The notes below the pieces were generated by a model, which saw only the letters and a program-made list of their open reading frames with translations, did not search any database and had not been told where the DNA came from. From contig MU053588.1 in the NCBI GenBank assembly GCA_013239625.1, positions 1,746,508-1,810,507 of the forward strand: 64,000 nucleotides of DNA, in the 5' to 3' direction. The position numbers and the translations under genes were made by a program. This stretch comes from Lama guanicoe (taxonomy: Eukaryota). Positions 13,520-64,000 of this stretch are shown in pieces. The number at the start of each line of letters is the position of its first letter. Positions within the stretch are counted from its first letter, which is position 1.

Positions 13520-14090
13520 CTGGCTGCAAATAATCACCACTTGGAGAATGTTTAAGCAATGCTGATGGCCAAGCCCCAGTCCAGATAATTTGATAATTGG
13601 TCTCTAGTAGATCCTGAATATCTATATTTTTAAAGTCAACTTTATTGGGGAATAATTTACATACAGTAAAAGGCACCCATTTGAAGTGTACATTTCAACA
13701 AATTCTGACAAATGTATCATACTCTACCACATTTACATCACCTCAAAGCATCTCTTTATGTCTTTTCCCACTCAATGTCCATCTCTAGTCCTAGACACCC
13801 ACTAATCTGCTTTTTGCTTGTATAGATTAGTTTTGCCTGTTCTAGAATTTCATATGAATGGAATATGCTAGTGTCTAGCTTCTTTCACTCAGCTAATGTT
13901 TTTGAGATTCGTTCATGTGTGTATCAATAGTTTGTTACTATTCCATCGCATGTATGTACTGCAACTTGTTTATTCCTTCTCCTCATGATGGACATTGGGT
14001 TGTGTCCAGTTTGAGACTATGCATCTCTCTCTCTTATCTTCTCAAATATTCTGATGTGCTGCCAGGTTGAGAGTTGAGAACCACTGCTAT
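13520..14090. mobile_element. MER5A-like DNA transposon interrupted by an old L1 3' fragment (~13625-14020, minus)
   Basis: CCTGGCTGCAAATAATCACC...GCTGATGGCCAAGCCCC and ATTCTGATGTGCTGCCAGGTTGAGA...GAGAACCACTG flank TTTACATACAGTAAA...GATGGACATTGGGTTGTGTCCAGTTT (L1M 3' UTR, antisense). Confidence 0.6.
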
Positions 14091-14919
14091 GCCAAAGAAG
14101 AGATCTCTGTGGGGAGAAAATGACGGTTCCCTCTCTTTCCTGGAGTAAATGCCTTCCTGCAGAAGTGTCAAGAGGCATTTTTATGTGGAATCCTGTTTTA
14201 AACAGCTGCTATTTAAAGGAACCAAGCTTATAGAAGGGGAGACATTTCTATAGAGTACCAACCCCTTCCCTAATCTGTTTTGGCTTCAGTTTAGGGGTGG
14301 AAAGGAGAGCGTGTGCTTATGGAGAGATGAAGCTGTGGTGTATACTCATTCCCTGGTAGATGTCTTGTGAGCCTGCTGCCAGCCCAACAGCACCACATTC
14401 CTCTGTAACTAACTAGGTGTCTTATTAAATTTCTTTAAATTGAACCCAGGTGTGTCAGTGCTTATGCGGGAAATTTTAGCAATGTGTTCTAAAAGCTTCT
14501 GATTTATTTTCCTCCATCAGGTTAATTTTCCATATTTCTCTCTCATGCCTGGTTCCCTTTGCCACCTCTCTGACAAATAATCATTAGTAAACTAAAATCA
14601 ATTTAGGGAGATTGCAATGGAAAACAAGGGCTTTGGGGTCACCCAAACTTGGAAGGAGTCTTGGGTCTACCACTTACAGAGTTTCTTTTTCTGAATTTCG
14701 GGTTTCTCATCTGCAGAACGGGGGTACCTACCTCCTACCAATGTGTCAGAGGTGCTGTAAGATAAAGTCTGAATTATTTGATTAGTGAAATGGACTAAAT
14801 TCAAGCACGAGTTTCTGGCTGGAAAAAGCCGATCCCAGGGTATTAAAACACTTTCCCCTTTTACCCCTTCTTCGACCCTCTCAAGATGTCGACTCCACGC
14901 TCAACTTTAAGATAATTCT

Positions 14920-15090
14920 GCCACTCTCAAGATGGCGCCATGACCATGCATCCCGAGTACAAGCCCCGGAAGTCTCGCGATAGGCGGGGCTAATGGGGTA
15001 GGCTCTCGCGAGAGGTCACGTCAGTCCCAGCCAGGCGTCGTGTGAACAGCAGCTGGTACCGAAGGTGGAAGTGGAACCGGAGCGGTGAGG
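14920..15090 (+). promoter_or_regulatory. SUPT5H: SUPT5H CpG-island promoter and non-coding exon 1 (donor at 15084/15085)
   Basis: YY1 CAAGATGGCGCC 14928-14939; ETS CCGGAAGT 14966-14973; TCTCGCGA palindromes at 14973-14980 and 15004-15013; GC box; GTCACGTCA; donor GCG|GTGAGG. Confidence 0.8.
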
Positions 15091-15345
15091 GGGTGGGTTG
15101 GCCGCCGAGGTGACAGACCCGGGGGTCGCGGAGGGCCAAGGAGGTGTAGAGGCCGGCTTCGGGGATTCGGGAGGTATAGCAGGTGGCATAGGAGGTCTCC
15201 TTTTGGGTTCACAGTTGCCATAACGAGGCTGCCGGAAGTGCGCCAAGTTTTTTTTTTTTTCTTTTCTCCTGGGGAACCGGAGGGGAAACTAAGCCTCAGA
15301 CGTTGGGGACGCTCTGAGGCCGCCGTCTTTTCTTGCGAGCAGAAG

Positions 15346-39675
<24,330 letters not shown>

Positions 39676-39932
39676 GGCAGGCAGGGTGGGTGGACTTTGG
39701 CAGATACCTGGCAGATCAAGAGTGTCCCTCTTTCCTCCTCTGGCCTTTGGCTCTGATACAGGATCTGGGGCCTGGAGCTGGGTTAGCCTGGTTGGTCAGG
39801 ATTTCTTTATTTTGCTTTCTGGTTTCCTCTCTCCCTCCCTGATGTTCATGGGAATCAGAGTAGAGTCTGGGGGAGGGTACCCACCTTGTTATACCCCTCC
39901 TTCCCCAGCTTGCTTTTGTGTTACAGTCTTTC

Positions 39933-39938
39933 AATAAA
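39933..39938 (+). terminator. SUPT5H: SUPT5H polyadenylation signal AATAAA
   Basis: AATAAA ~260 nt after the stop, followed by a GT-rich downstream element (GTGTATATGTGTGTT). Confidence 0.85.
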
Positions 39939-41099
39939 AAGCTGTTTGGTCAAAAGTCCTGTGTATATGTGTGTTCTGGTTTGTAAGTGGGGTCATTTGC
40001 ACAACCCACTTACTTCCTTGCTGTGTGGTCTTAGGAATAACTCGGTCCTACCTAAGCCTCAGTTTCCCCATCTAGAAACGATACTACCTACCCCAGAGAG
40101 CTCTTGAATGTATGAGAAGTCATTGGAAAGAAATTATTATTAGAGCTTGCATGTAACTGATAAAGTTACATCTTACTCATGCTTGGGTTAAGTGAAAGTT
40201 GGTCAGTATCCATCAGGAAACCTAAATTCCTCTTATGGTGCACGATTCAGCATTTGATGGTTTCTCCTGAGCTGGCATAGCAGTGACACCAGAATTGCTT
40301 GTAGCTTGTCTTACCAGCCTGGGCGTCGGGGTCGGGAGCAATGTAGAGGAGGGAGCTAGTTACCTGACTCTCCTTCACTTTCCTCATTTGATATTCACAT
40401 GTCTTTTCACAAATGTAATTTAAAATTTATTAGAAAACAGTTCAAATTGTTCAAAAAGTTATGATGCCAGGAACACTGAAGTCCCCACCACCCAGCTTAG
40501 GAACCACGTGTGTACCAGATAGGAAAGACCCACTTAGGCAGCACACAGTCCGTTCCCCTCCCGAGGTAACCTAACTCTGCATCCTGTGTCTTTTTGTCGA
40601 ACTTCGAACTTTTATTACCTTGGTATTCATCCCTAAGCGTTGTCTGGTGATTCCATATGTTTTTAAAATTTACATAAACAGTATCAGACTCTTCTTCCTT
40701 TCAAAATAATTTGAGGGGATTCATCAAGGCTCCTGTAGCCTCTAATTCATGGATTTTTCTCTCAATACCCCAAGCCCACCAGACGGCGGCTGTTCCTTCG
40801 GTTGAGCCTCCACGAAACTGGCCTGCTTTCCAGACCCTTTATAAGAAGTTAATGGGAAGAGGGGCAAAAAAGGGCGTGGAGAACGGGAAGGAAGACGGAT
40901 TAGGCCTCCTGGCTGCACATGAAAAAGAGGGTTTGTGAGGGCGGCTTTCAGCTCTCTCCGGACTTGTGGCTTCGAGCTTTTAAAACAAATCAAGAAGCCA
41001 TTGGGTTCCTTCGTTAAGGACCTCAGCATGACCTCTGAGCAGTGGGTGTTCCGTCGCGTCCTGTTGCAGCGGCAGTGAAACGCCCTCTGGCCCTAGGGG

Positions 41100-41327
41100 C
41101 ACATGATGCCGGCTGACTCGGTCTCGGTTAGTGAGCCCGCCTCAGCAGGAGGGCCACTAGAGGCGAGTGAACTAGCGGCACCGCGCCCGAGGCAATACCC
41201 CCGAGGCCGTTTGTCTCTCTCGGGCTCCCGTCTACCCGCCCCTCCCCTGCACCCCCATTGGCCGCGGCCCCGGCCCGGGGCGGGGAGGAGGGAGCGAGTG
41301 GGCGGGGCCACATGGCGTCAGCGCAAG

Positions 41328-41335
<8 letters not shown>
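41100..41335 (+). promoter_or_regulatory. TIMM50: TIMM50 CpG-island promoter
   Basis: CpG-dense; GC boxes (GGGGCGGGG, GGGCGGGGC), inverted CCAAT (ATTGG ~41257), YY1 motif CAAGATGGCGGC overlapping the start codon. Confidence 0.75.
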
Positions 41336-48318
<6,983 letters not shown>

Positions 48319-48401
48319 CCTCTGGGCCTCCTCAAACTCAATACCTGAGTTCTGGGCCCATGGCCCAGTGCTCCAGACCACAGCTTGAGCAACCACACGT
48401 C

Positions 48402-48407
48402 AATAAA
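48402..48407 (+). terminator. TIMM50: TIMM50 proximal polyadenylation signal AATAAA (possible distal one at 49626-49631)
   Basis: AATAAA ~85 nt after the stop codon. Confidence 0.7.
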
Positions 48408-48924
48408 GTCCATCCCAGACGCCACACTCCTGTGTCCGGAGAGTCTCCAGACGGGGGCATCGGGGTTAAGTGTGCGACTCTGGGCTCCTCGTCCCACGCT
48501 GGCTGATCAGCTGCTGAGCACAGAGTGGGTGCTCTGGTGGATCAGGGTTGGTTTTTAACCCTGTCCTGGGAATCTGAAAACCTGGGTAGGGATCTGCCCC
48601 GGCCGTGTGTTCCCATGTGCCATGTCTTCCCATGTGCCATGTGATCTGCAAAAACACATCTCCCTCTTTGGCCCCAGGTTCCCCATCTGTAGAAAAGAGG
48701 AGAGAGGACGGCACTGTGGGGTTTAAAGACTGTAGCTGCCAGGCTGCTGAGCAAATATGTGAGGTGTGGGCTCCAGTGGAGCAGGGATCACCCCATCTCA
48801 GCTCTGCCAGCTGTGGCTCCCTGGGAAGGTGGGCACAGTTTTCAGCAGAAGACAGAAATGGAGATTTTTGTATTAAATCTGCCAGTTTTAAAATGTTGGC
48901 TCCTAAGTCAAGCAGCCAGACCGT

Positions 48925-49130
48925 AGCAGCGCTCTGCAGTGGAGCTTTCCACGATGTTTACTCCATGTTCTATATCTGGGCTAATACAGCAGCCAGTGGC
49001 CACCTGGGGCCATGGAGTACTCGAAATGTGGTGAGGGTAACTGAGGGATGGACTTTTTAATTTTGTTTTAACTTTAACAAATATCTAAATAACTGCATGT
49101 GACTCCTGGCTCTTGCATCGGACAGCACCA
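48925..49130. mobile_element. MER3-like hAT DNA transposon
   Basis: AATACAGCAGCCAGTGGCCACCTGGGGCCATGGAGTACTCGAAATGTGG...AACTGAGGGA...TTTTAATTTTGTTTTAACTTTAA...GGACAGCAC. Confidence 0.65.
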
Positions 49131-51859
49131 GTTGGGTATTAAGAGTGTGAGTTCAGACTATTGAAGTTCAGATCCAAGCGCTACCACTTCCTGGCCTGTG
49201 TGATCAAAAGCAAGTAGGCAAGTTCTTTCAGCCTTCAGTGCCTCAGTTTCCACATCTATAAAATAATAGTACCTACCTCGTAGGCTAGGCTTGAGGGCTG
49301 AGTGAGGCACCCTGTGTAGGCACTCACGTGGTAGTGCTGTGAATCTCGGGCAAGGCACCTTTCTGCCTCAGTTTCATCATCTCTAAAGTGGGCATCTCTG
49401 TCTTAGGAGTGTGGTTGTGACAAGTAAATGGAACAATTCACATTCAGGCTGTTTGCATATTCAGTGGGGCTGGTTACCAGGCCATACTGGTTCTTCACAG
49501 ACTGAAATACCCTGTACCATTTTGGCTGCATCTCCTCCCACTGTCCCAGCCTCTCCTGCTCCAGACAGCGTTTAGTGCTAGTACCAGGTATAGGTTTTAA
49601 ACGACCTTTCCCTGGTATTTGTTATAATAAAATAATTAAAATGTATTTGAAACTGTGGGCCAGATTGAACCTCTAAACTAGATATTTTTAAAGACTCACA
49701 GGTGTCTACAAAGAAGAATTAAAATTTGGTACAGAAGTATACCATCTCTAATCCAAGAGAGAGTTTCCCCATATTCTCTGGACTCCCTAGTTTGAGGACT
49801 GTCCACACATGGAGCATGGAAGGAGGACGTACGTTTGTCCATTTTCCCTGGACCCTGGGGGTTAAGGCTAGCACTCTGGCTGGCACATGCTTCAGTGCCC
49901 AGTGAGTTCCCCCAGGCCTCTCCCCAACCTTGATGCTGGTTCAGGGATGGTGCTGTCAGGTCACAGCTGCTCAAAGCTGGAGGGCAAGAGGGGAAGAGAG
50001 GGTTTGATGTGCACAGGTGGCCTCTGAGACACTCTGCTTAGGCAACATGGCCTAGGATATTAGTATCAAATGCTGGGTGCTAGGGCTGCATCAGGGCATC
50101 ATCCAGTGGGCAGGGCTGGGCAAGCGTTAAGGCATATCCCAGCAGAGGCTGAATTCTCATATTGCCCTGTGACACTGGGCAAGGTCTCAAGCATGTCAGT
50201 TTGCTCATGGGAGATTAATAATAGTATCTCATTCATTTGCCTACTCAACACATTCCCTAAGCACTGACTGCCAGGCCTCATTTTAGGCATGAGGGTGCCT
50301 CAGTGAGAAAATTCAATAAAAAGCTCTGCCCTTGTGGGACTGATGTTCTCATGGAGGAGACAGAAAATGATCCTATTTCTCGGGGTAAAATAAATGTGTA
50401 AAGTATGGTGAGGAGATGGAATGATTTGGGGTCTTGGGGTACTGTTTTAGATTGAATGAAACAGTCCAAGAAGGCCTCTTGGGAAGGTGTATTTGAGCAG
50501 AGACCAGAATGAAATTAGGCAAGCTATGGGAATATCTCGTGTGCCAGGCATGGTCACCTCAGGGCCTTTGCACTTGCTATCCCCTCTGCCAGGAATTGCC
50601 CCCAGCCCCCAGGATCCATATGGCTCCCTCCCTCCACTCCTTTAGGTCTTTGCTCAAATGTTACCTCAGCATGGCTTTCTGTGGGCTCTAAGTTTGGCAC
50701 ATAAGAGGGGGAAAAGCCCTAAATAGCCAAAGATGCTTGGAAATCCATTAAAGTACATTTCACATACAGACATGAGAGAACACTGTCATGCCTGGCACAA
50801 ACCTCAATAAGACTGGCCATTTTTACAATCTTTAAAGTTTTTGAATATTTAAAATCTGGAATCTGTTACCTCCCCAGTTATTATCCAGGGCAGGAATTTG
50901 TCTTCTCCCACAGCTTCTTATGGCTGTCCAAATTCCATTTGAATATCTCCTGTGATGAGAGGCTCACTCTGCCACCTACCCCAGTACAGGGCCTAATTTG
51001 CCTCCTGGTAACTGTGGTCCATGAGGTCTGGCTCTATGCTTTGGGGCCACAGAACCTGTTTGAGTAGGGAGATGTGGAGGAAGGGCCTTAAGTGTCAACC
51101 TTAGAATCTTGGAGACCTTCTGAAGGCACTGGGAAGCCATGGAAGAGTCTATGTGGGAGAGGGGCAGGGTCAGATTTGTGCTTAGAAAGGCCTCATAGGC
51201 CTGGGTGGTCTGGGCTGGGATAGAGGAGTCATAGGGGCAGTGGGGACTCAGAGAAGGTACCTGACATCCTTGGGGAGTGTTAGGAAAGGCCTTCTACAGA
51301 AGGTCAAATCTGAATGGTGAAAAGAGAATAAGTATATATCCAGGAGAGGGGAAAACAGTGCAAAGGCACCTGGGATGTTCTGCACAATTAACGGCGGCCC
51401 TCCCCTGCTCAAAACCCTCCCATGACTCCCGTCTTCAAGATTAAGAGAAGAAAACTGTTTAGATTGAGTTATTTCATTCATTAAAAAAATTATTGAGAGC
51501 TTACTGTATACCTAGCTCTGCTGGGCTGTGCTTTATTGATGACCTCCAAAAGAAAAATATGTACTTACATAATTGAACCTGTGTTTTCCTCCATAGTTAT
51601 TAGCCTTAAGTATTATTATTTTTTTAATTCTGGAGGGAAAAAAGTTTACTCTGTCTAAAAGGCTTTGCTCAGCACCTGGCACAGAGTAAATGATTGTGAC
51701 CAGAGAGCTGGAACATCTGCTCCTAACTGGCTTTCCTTGCTGTGGTCCTGGAATACTAAGGGGCTTCTGGAGGGTGCGTGTGTTGGGGGGTTCCCCCTCC
51801 CCCATTCATCCTGGAGTGAGGGAGTGGGCCCCTGATGTGTGAGGACAGAATTTCCTGCC

Positions 51860-51965
51860 CATTTGCTGCTCACACCTTCCGGAGGCCAAACGGGCAGCCC
51901 AGCTGCGGCCCACAGGGGGAGGGGCGCGGCCGCCCGGCAGATGGCGGCATTTACATACAGCTGGG
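51860..51965 (+). promoter_or_regulatory. DLL3: DLL3 upstream enhancer: E-box cluster with octamer/E-box composite
   Basis: CAGCTG 51900-51905, CAGATG 51938-51943, ATTTACATACAGCTG 51949-51963 and T-box half-site TCACACCT 51870-51877, ~0.95 kb upstream of the ATG. Confidence 0.65.
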
Positions 51966-52079
51966 AGCCCCCTCTAAGGCGGGGCTTCTTGTCCTGGCGT
52001 CTGGTGCATCCTTGATGTGGGGTTTGGGAGGGTGGCTTTGTTTTGGGGAGGGGAACACACTTGAGCAGGCACTCACGCG

Positions 52080-52081
52080 CA

Positions 52082-52118
<37 letters not shown>
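52080..52118 (+). repeat. (CA)n microsatellite, followed by CA-rich low-complexity sequence to ~52700
   Basis: Read directly. Confidence 0.9.
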
Positions 52119-52120
<2 letters not shown>

Positions 52121-52819
52121 GTCCACAAAGAACACTGAATCTTCGTCATATCTACATGGGGCTACATTCATGGACCTCCCACACCCAGTTTCCTTCACAA
52201 ACATACCCTCAGTCACAACCTTGCACAGACCTTACCACACACACAGCCACCTAGAGGCACCTGCACAGAGCACAAAGTCACAAGTTCATATGACTACACA
52301 CAGTGGCCCAGGAGCTCACATACATTCATATACTTGCACAGCAATGCATCCACACAGCCACACAATCTCAAAAAGTCACACAACCATGAAATCATGTACT
52401 CCTCCGTTCTCCCATGGAGGTGCATGCTTACACACAGACACACACACACACAGAATCATAGAATTATTTACAACCTCACAAAGAGGCTTAACCATACACA
52501 ATTTCAGGCACACGTGATGCCACACAATCTCACCTAGACACAAAATCAGTCATGTACACTCTCCAGTAGCTCTTTCTCACGCCACGCACACACACTCACA
52601 GAATTTTAAAACCATATCCAACCTCACATACAAGCTTAACCCCCAATCCCAAACTCCACCCTGTCCTCAGTCACACACAAAGTCATGCCCAGGCCCACAG
52701 ACAAGATCATACACTCACTACGTTGCCCGTGGCCACGACACGATCTCCCATTGCTCCAGCAGGCTCCCCTTCCCCTGCGACCTCCTCCCCTAGGGTCTCC
52801 TGGAACCGGGCCGCTGCCC

Positions 52820-52870
52820 GAAGGGGCGGAGCTGTCCTCTTAGATATAAGGCTCTGAGTCAGCAGCTGCG
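52820..52870 (+). promoter_or_regulatory. DLL3: DLL3 core promoter (GC box, TATA-like element, E-box)
   Basis: GGGGCGGAG, GATATAAG (TATAAG 52845-52850) and CAGCTG just before ATG 52894. Confidence 0.7.
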
Positions 52871-52893
52871 GCTCCCAAGACCTCCGAAAGGCC

Positions 52894-60590
<7,697 letters not shown>

Positions 60591-60767
60591 CCTGCCCCTT
60601 CTCTATCAGCACCTGGAGACAGAACCTGGATACTTTTGTATTCTCTGCTTCAGACACTTTGGAGTTCAAGCTGGAAGGGGTGACTGGGAGGATTTTACCA
60701 TTGGAAGTTGTACATAATGGTTATTTATATCTTATCTTTTTTCTCTCGCCATCTCTCCAGAGACATC

Positions 60768-60773
60768 TATAAA
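60768..60773 (+). terminator. DLL3: Possible DLL3 variant polyA signal TATAAA; AU-rich element TTATTTAT at 60721-60728
   Basis: No canonical AATAAA close after the stop; TATAAA is followed by T/GT-rich sequence. Confidence 0.35.
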
Positions 60774-61964
60774 GGCTCTTATTTTGATCAACTTGGACTC
60801 ATCAAGTTGAGTGCTTTCTATGTGGTGTTGGTACTGAGGGGAGCAATTTGGTTTCCTGAGACAGGACTCTGATGCAGGGGTCAGAAACAACTCAAAGTGG
60901 TTTAAGTAAACAAGAGAATTTATTAGTTCATAAAAATGAAAATCCTGTGGTAGGTGTAGCTTCCACAGGACTAGATTCAAGGGCTCAGTGTTTTTCTCTA
61001 GCTGTCTCTGGGTGACTTCGTATGTAGATGGACTTTCACTGGCGCTGGCTTGCTACATGACAACTTGAACTAGTAGCCAGGCAGTATGGCTTATTTTGAT
61101 TGGCGAGGCTTTGTCATTTGTCTAGTGTGTGGCAGGACTTAAGGTCAGCTTGTCTAAGTCACATGGAATAGTGAGCAAGGGAGTGTCCTTCTCTCTACCA
61201 AAAGACAGGGTTTGTTACTAGACAGAAGTACTGGACCTAGTAGGCAAACAAACAGAACCAGTGAGAGCAGAAAGAACCTATTTCCAGGGGAATCTGAGGT
61301 GCAGAGAGTGGAGTAATTGCGGCAACTCCTTCGTAATGAGATGGAACAAATCTTAGTAAGATCTTGCAGAGAGGGGGTATTTTCTTAAATTTTGGGACTA
61401 TTCTAAGACAGTTAATCACGCAGCTAATACTACTTCTATCACAGAAAATATAAAAAGCCTCCATCAGCCAATTTCCGCCAGTCCTCTTTCCCCATATTTT
61501 CTAATGGGGAGAAGGCTGGGACAGTGCCCACACACTTTTGGAAATGAGCAAAATCCTAGAAACTGAAGAAGAGAGAGCAGAGAAAAAAGTAACAAATGGA
61601 ATGTAGCAGCAAGTGACCAAATGAAGGAGTCCTTTGATTAGAACAGTAGCCAAGGGATCCACATATTCTTTTAATTCAGTCAGCAGATACCATATATACC
61701 TATGTGTACAAATAAATAGCTATGTGTACAAAGTCTCCTTTCAGGTTTCACTATGTTGAATTTCTATATCATGAAGATTAAATATAGCATTAAAGAAAAT
61801 GGGCATTAAAACTAAAGTAATACTTAAATTGAGGTTAAAGGCAGACATCAAAACCAGCCCATTATTCCTTCTAAGACAACTTGATCTTCAGAGGCCAGTC
61901 TTTGCTGCCTTGAACAGAGTATACAACCTGCCGAAAGAGCAGAACTCAATTTAAAAGCAAAGAT

Positions 61965-62060
61965 GGGGGGCTGGGGGCTAGCTCAGTGGTAGAGCGCATG
62001 CTTAGCATGCATGAGGTCCTGGATTCAATCCCCATCCCTCCACTTAAAAAAAAAAAAAAG
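61965..62060 (+). mobile_element. tRNA-derived SINE (camelid Vic-like), short, with poly-A tail
   Basis: GGGGCTAGCTCAGTGGTAGAGCGCATGCTTAGCATGCATGAGGTCCTGGATTCAATCCCC plus A-run; imperfect TSD AAAAGCAAAGATGGG / AAAAGGAAGATGGG. Confidence 0.85.
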
Positions 62061-63164
62061 GAAGATGGGAAGTTGTGTTATGCTCATGCTGGGTTTTTTT
62101 GAGCAATGGCTGCTGAAGGCAGGCAGTTGCATCCCACGGATTCCCCCTTTGATGTACTTCCTGGTGTCAGTGATGTGTCACCTGTGGCAGAGTGTTGGCA
62201 CCATCACCGTATACATCCATGAGTCATTCCAGGAATAGTACTGACTGGATGATCAGAGAGTGATGACTGGAGTTCTCTGATTCACCGCTGTAAGGGAAGA
62301 GTCCTGCACCCAAGTCAGCAGGCCCTTTAAAGTGCAGGCTGTGATCCATGGCTTTGCCTCACGGGATGCTGCAGGCTGAGCCCAAGGTAGCAGCTGCTGG
62401 GGCAAGAAAAACCATCTCAGATGGTTAGCACTCACAGGGAAGGAAAGTTATTCTGGTCCATATCCCTTCCCTTTAAAGGTGAAAGGAAGCAGAGCCGCAG
62501 AGGACTAAAGTGGAAGGCATTCCACAACGGGTCATTTTTTTTTCTCTTTTGGCAGGGCTTTTAATCTTTCAGGCCTGGAATTACTGCATTTACCACAATG
62601 ACAGTAGTGAATAAAGTACCCTAAGTGATCACTCCAAAAAATCAGAAAAAAAAAAGACAAAAAATCAAAATGCCTACAAATGCACAGAAATCAGACAGCC
62701 TTGGTTCAGATCTTGGTTCTGCTACTTATTCGGCCAAGTCACATCACCTCTCTGTGCCTTAATTTCCTTATCTGTAAAATGAGACTAGTAAAAGAATCTG
62801 CTTCAGAAGGTTATGAGTATTAGCTAAATTAATAAATACAAAGCATTTTATAACAGAGGCTGGCATATAATAGATGCTCACTAAATGTTTGTTCTCAATA
62901 TTATGCTAAAAGAGGAAAGCCTATTTCAAGTTCATTTCACAGAGAAACCAACTGAAGCCTAGAGAAGAGTAGAGACTTGCCTACCATCACACAGGACATT
63001 CAGGGTCTTTCTTGATCCTCCTGGTATTTGGGACTCAGGCCCAAGATTTAGCACAGGGAGGGCTCTCAGGGGTCAGGAAGCACAGTGGGCCATGACCTCT
63101 CCTCTGCTCGAAATCTTGCATGAATCCAAATAAGTCTGGACCTGACCTAATAGCATGGGACCAA

Positions 63165-63305
63165 TGTTAGTATCCTCGTTTTGACAATGTACTGTGGTTA
63201 CATAAGATGCTGTTATTGGGGAAAGCTGGGTGAAAGATACAAAAGAATTTTCTATACTCTTCCGCAACTTCTTGCAAGTGTTAAAACTGTTTCAAAATAA
63301 AAAGA
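63165..63305 (+). mobile_element. Old L1 3'-end fragment
   Basis: TTTGACAATGTACTGTGGTTACATAAGATG...GGGGAAAGCTGGGTGAAAGATAC...TTCAAAATAAAA is typical of L1MC/ME 3' ends. Confidence 0.65.
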
Positions 63306-64000
63306 TAAATATTTATTCAGTGCCTACTGTGTGCCAGGCCTTGTTTTAGGAGCTGGGGATTTAGCAGTGAACCAGACAGGTTTCCACCCTGGAGGAACTC
63401 ACAGTGTGATAGAGTCCTTGGCAGAGGGGTTCTGTGTCAGGACCCTGAAGCCTGACAGCTTGTTTGAATCCTGGCTTTACTGCTTATCAGCTGTAGGCAC
63501 ATGTGTAGCACTTAGCTCTGTATAAATGTAAAATCTGTTACTGTTGCTCATTATGATTTTCTGCAGATCTCTCGGTTGTCCCCCTTCTAAGAAGCCCTCC
63601 CTGATTGCCCCAGACTGGTTCTAGCACCTCTTCTGGGATCCCACAGGTCCATGTGCTTCCTCACCACATCTCTGACCCCCGTGCCTGTGCTTCCTCCACC
63701 CTCACCCTGACCTCACTGGGCTGTCATTGTTTGGCGATGGGTATATCTCCCACACTGGACAGGGAGCCTGATCACTGGATGTAGGCTTGCCTGATCACTG
63801 CTCTGGCCCCAGAATCACCCAGCACAGGACTGAGCACATAGCAGGCACTCAGTAATCAGATATTGAACTCATGAATGTTAAGGACACTGGCAGTCTGTGT
63901 GTTCCTTACCCTGGAGGTGAGGATTAAGGGAATGGGAATTATCAGGCGGGATCTGGAGGTCCCGGCCCCATCCTGGCCCAAAGCAGTAGAACCTGCGCGC

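Noticed and set aside
61965..62045. tRNA gene (tRNA-Ala-like A and B boxes); similar at 20691 and 6959
   Set aside because: No pairing acceptor stem; A-rich tails and TSDs identify these as SINEs.

Overview
Mammalian, intron-rich, GC-rich genomic DNA. The gene order matches human 19q13.2: 3' end of PLEKHG2 (+), RPS16 (-), SUPT5H (+), TIMM50 (+), DLL3 (+). I traced every coding exon in the window by hand through GT-AG splice sites. The four complete genes splice to clean frames: RPS16 146 aa, SUPT5H 1087 aa, TIMM50 355 aa, DLL3 591 aa. The tRNA-derived SINEs resemble the camelid family, so the species is probably a camel or alpaca (inference). Most ORFs in the supplied track are spurious or are exon read-throughs. 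The most notable unexplained structure lies between RPS16 and SUPT5H. It is a minus-strand chain of six exon-like segments (about 13485 to 11115) with short introns and a 15-nt micro-exon. One reading frame runs through all six but is broken by four stops and one frameshift, suggesting a lost gene (unitary pseudogene) or a spliced divergent transcript. Other oddities: a near-perfect 3 x 102-bp triplication of a SUPT5H branch-point region, an internal L1 fragment nested with a 17-bp flanking duplication in an opposite-strand L1, an apparent SPT5 A191T change, an apparently mutated SUPT5H exon-2 acceptor, and a DLL3 long-isoform tail that is frameshifted relative to human. Comparisons with human sequences are from memory and need alignment.
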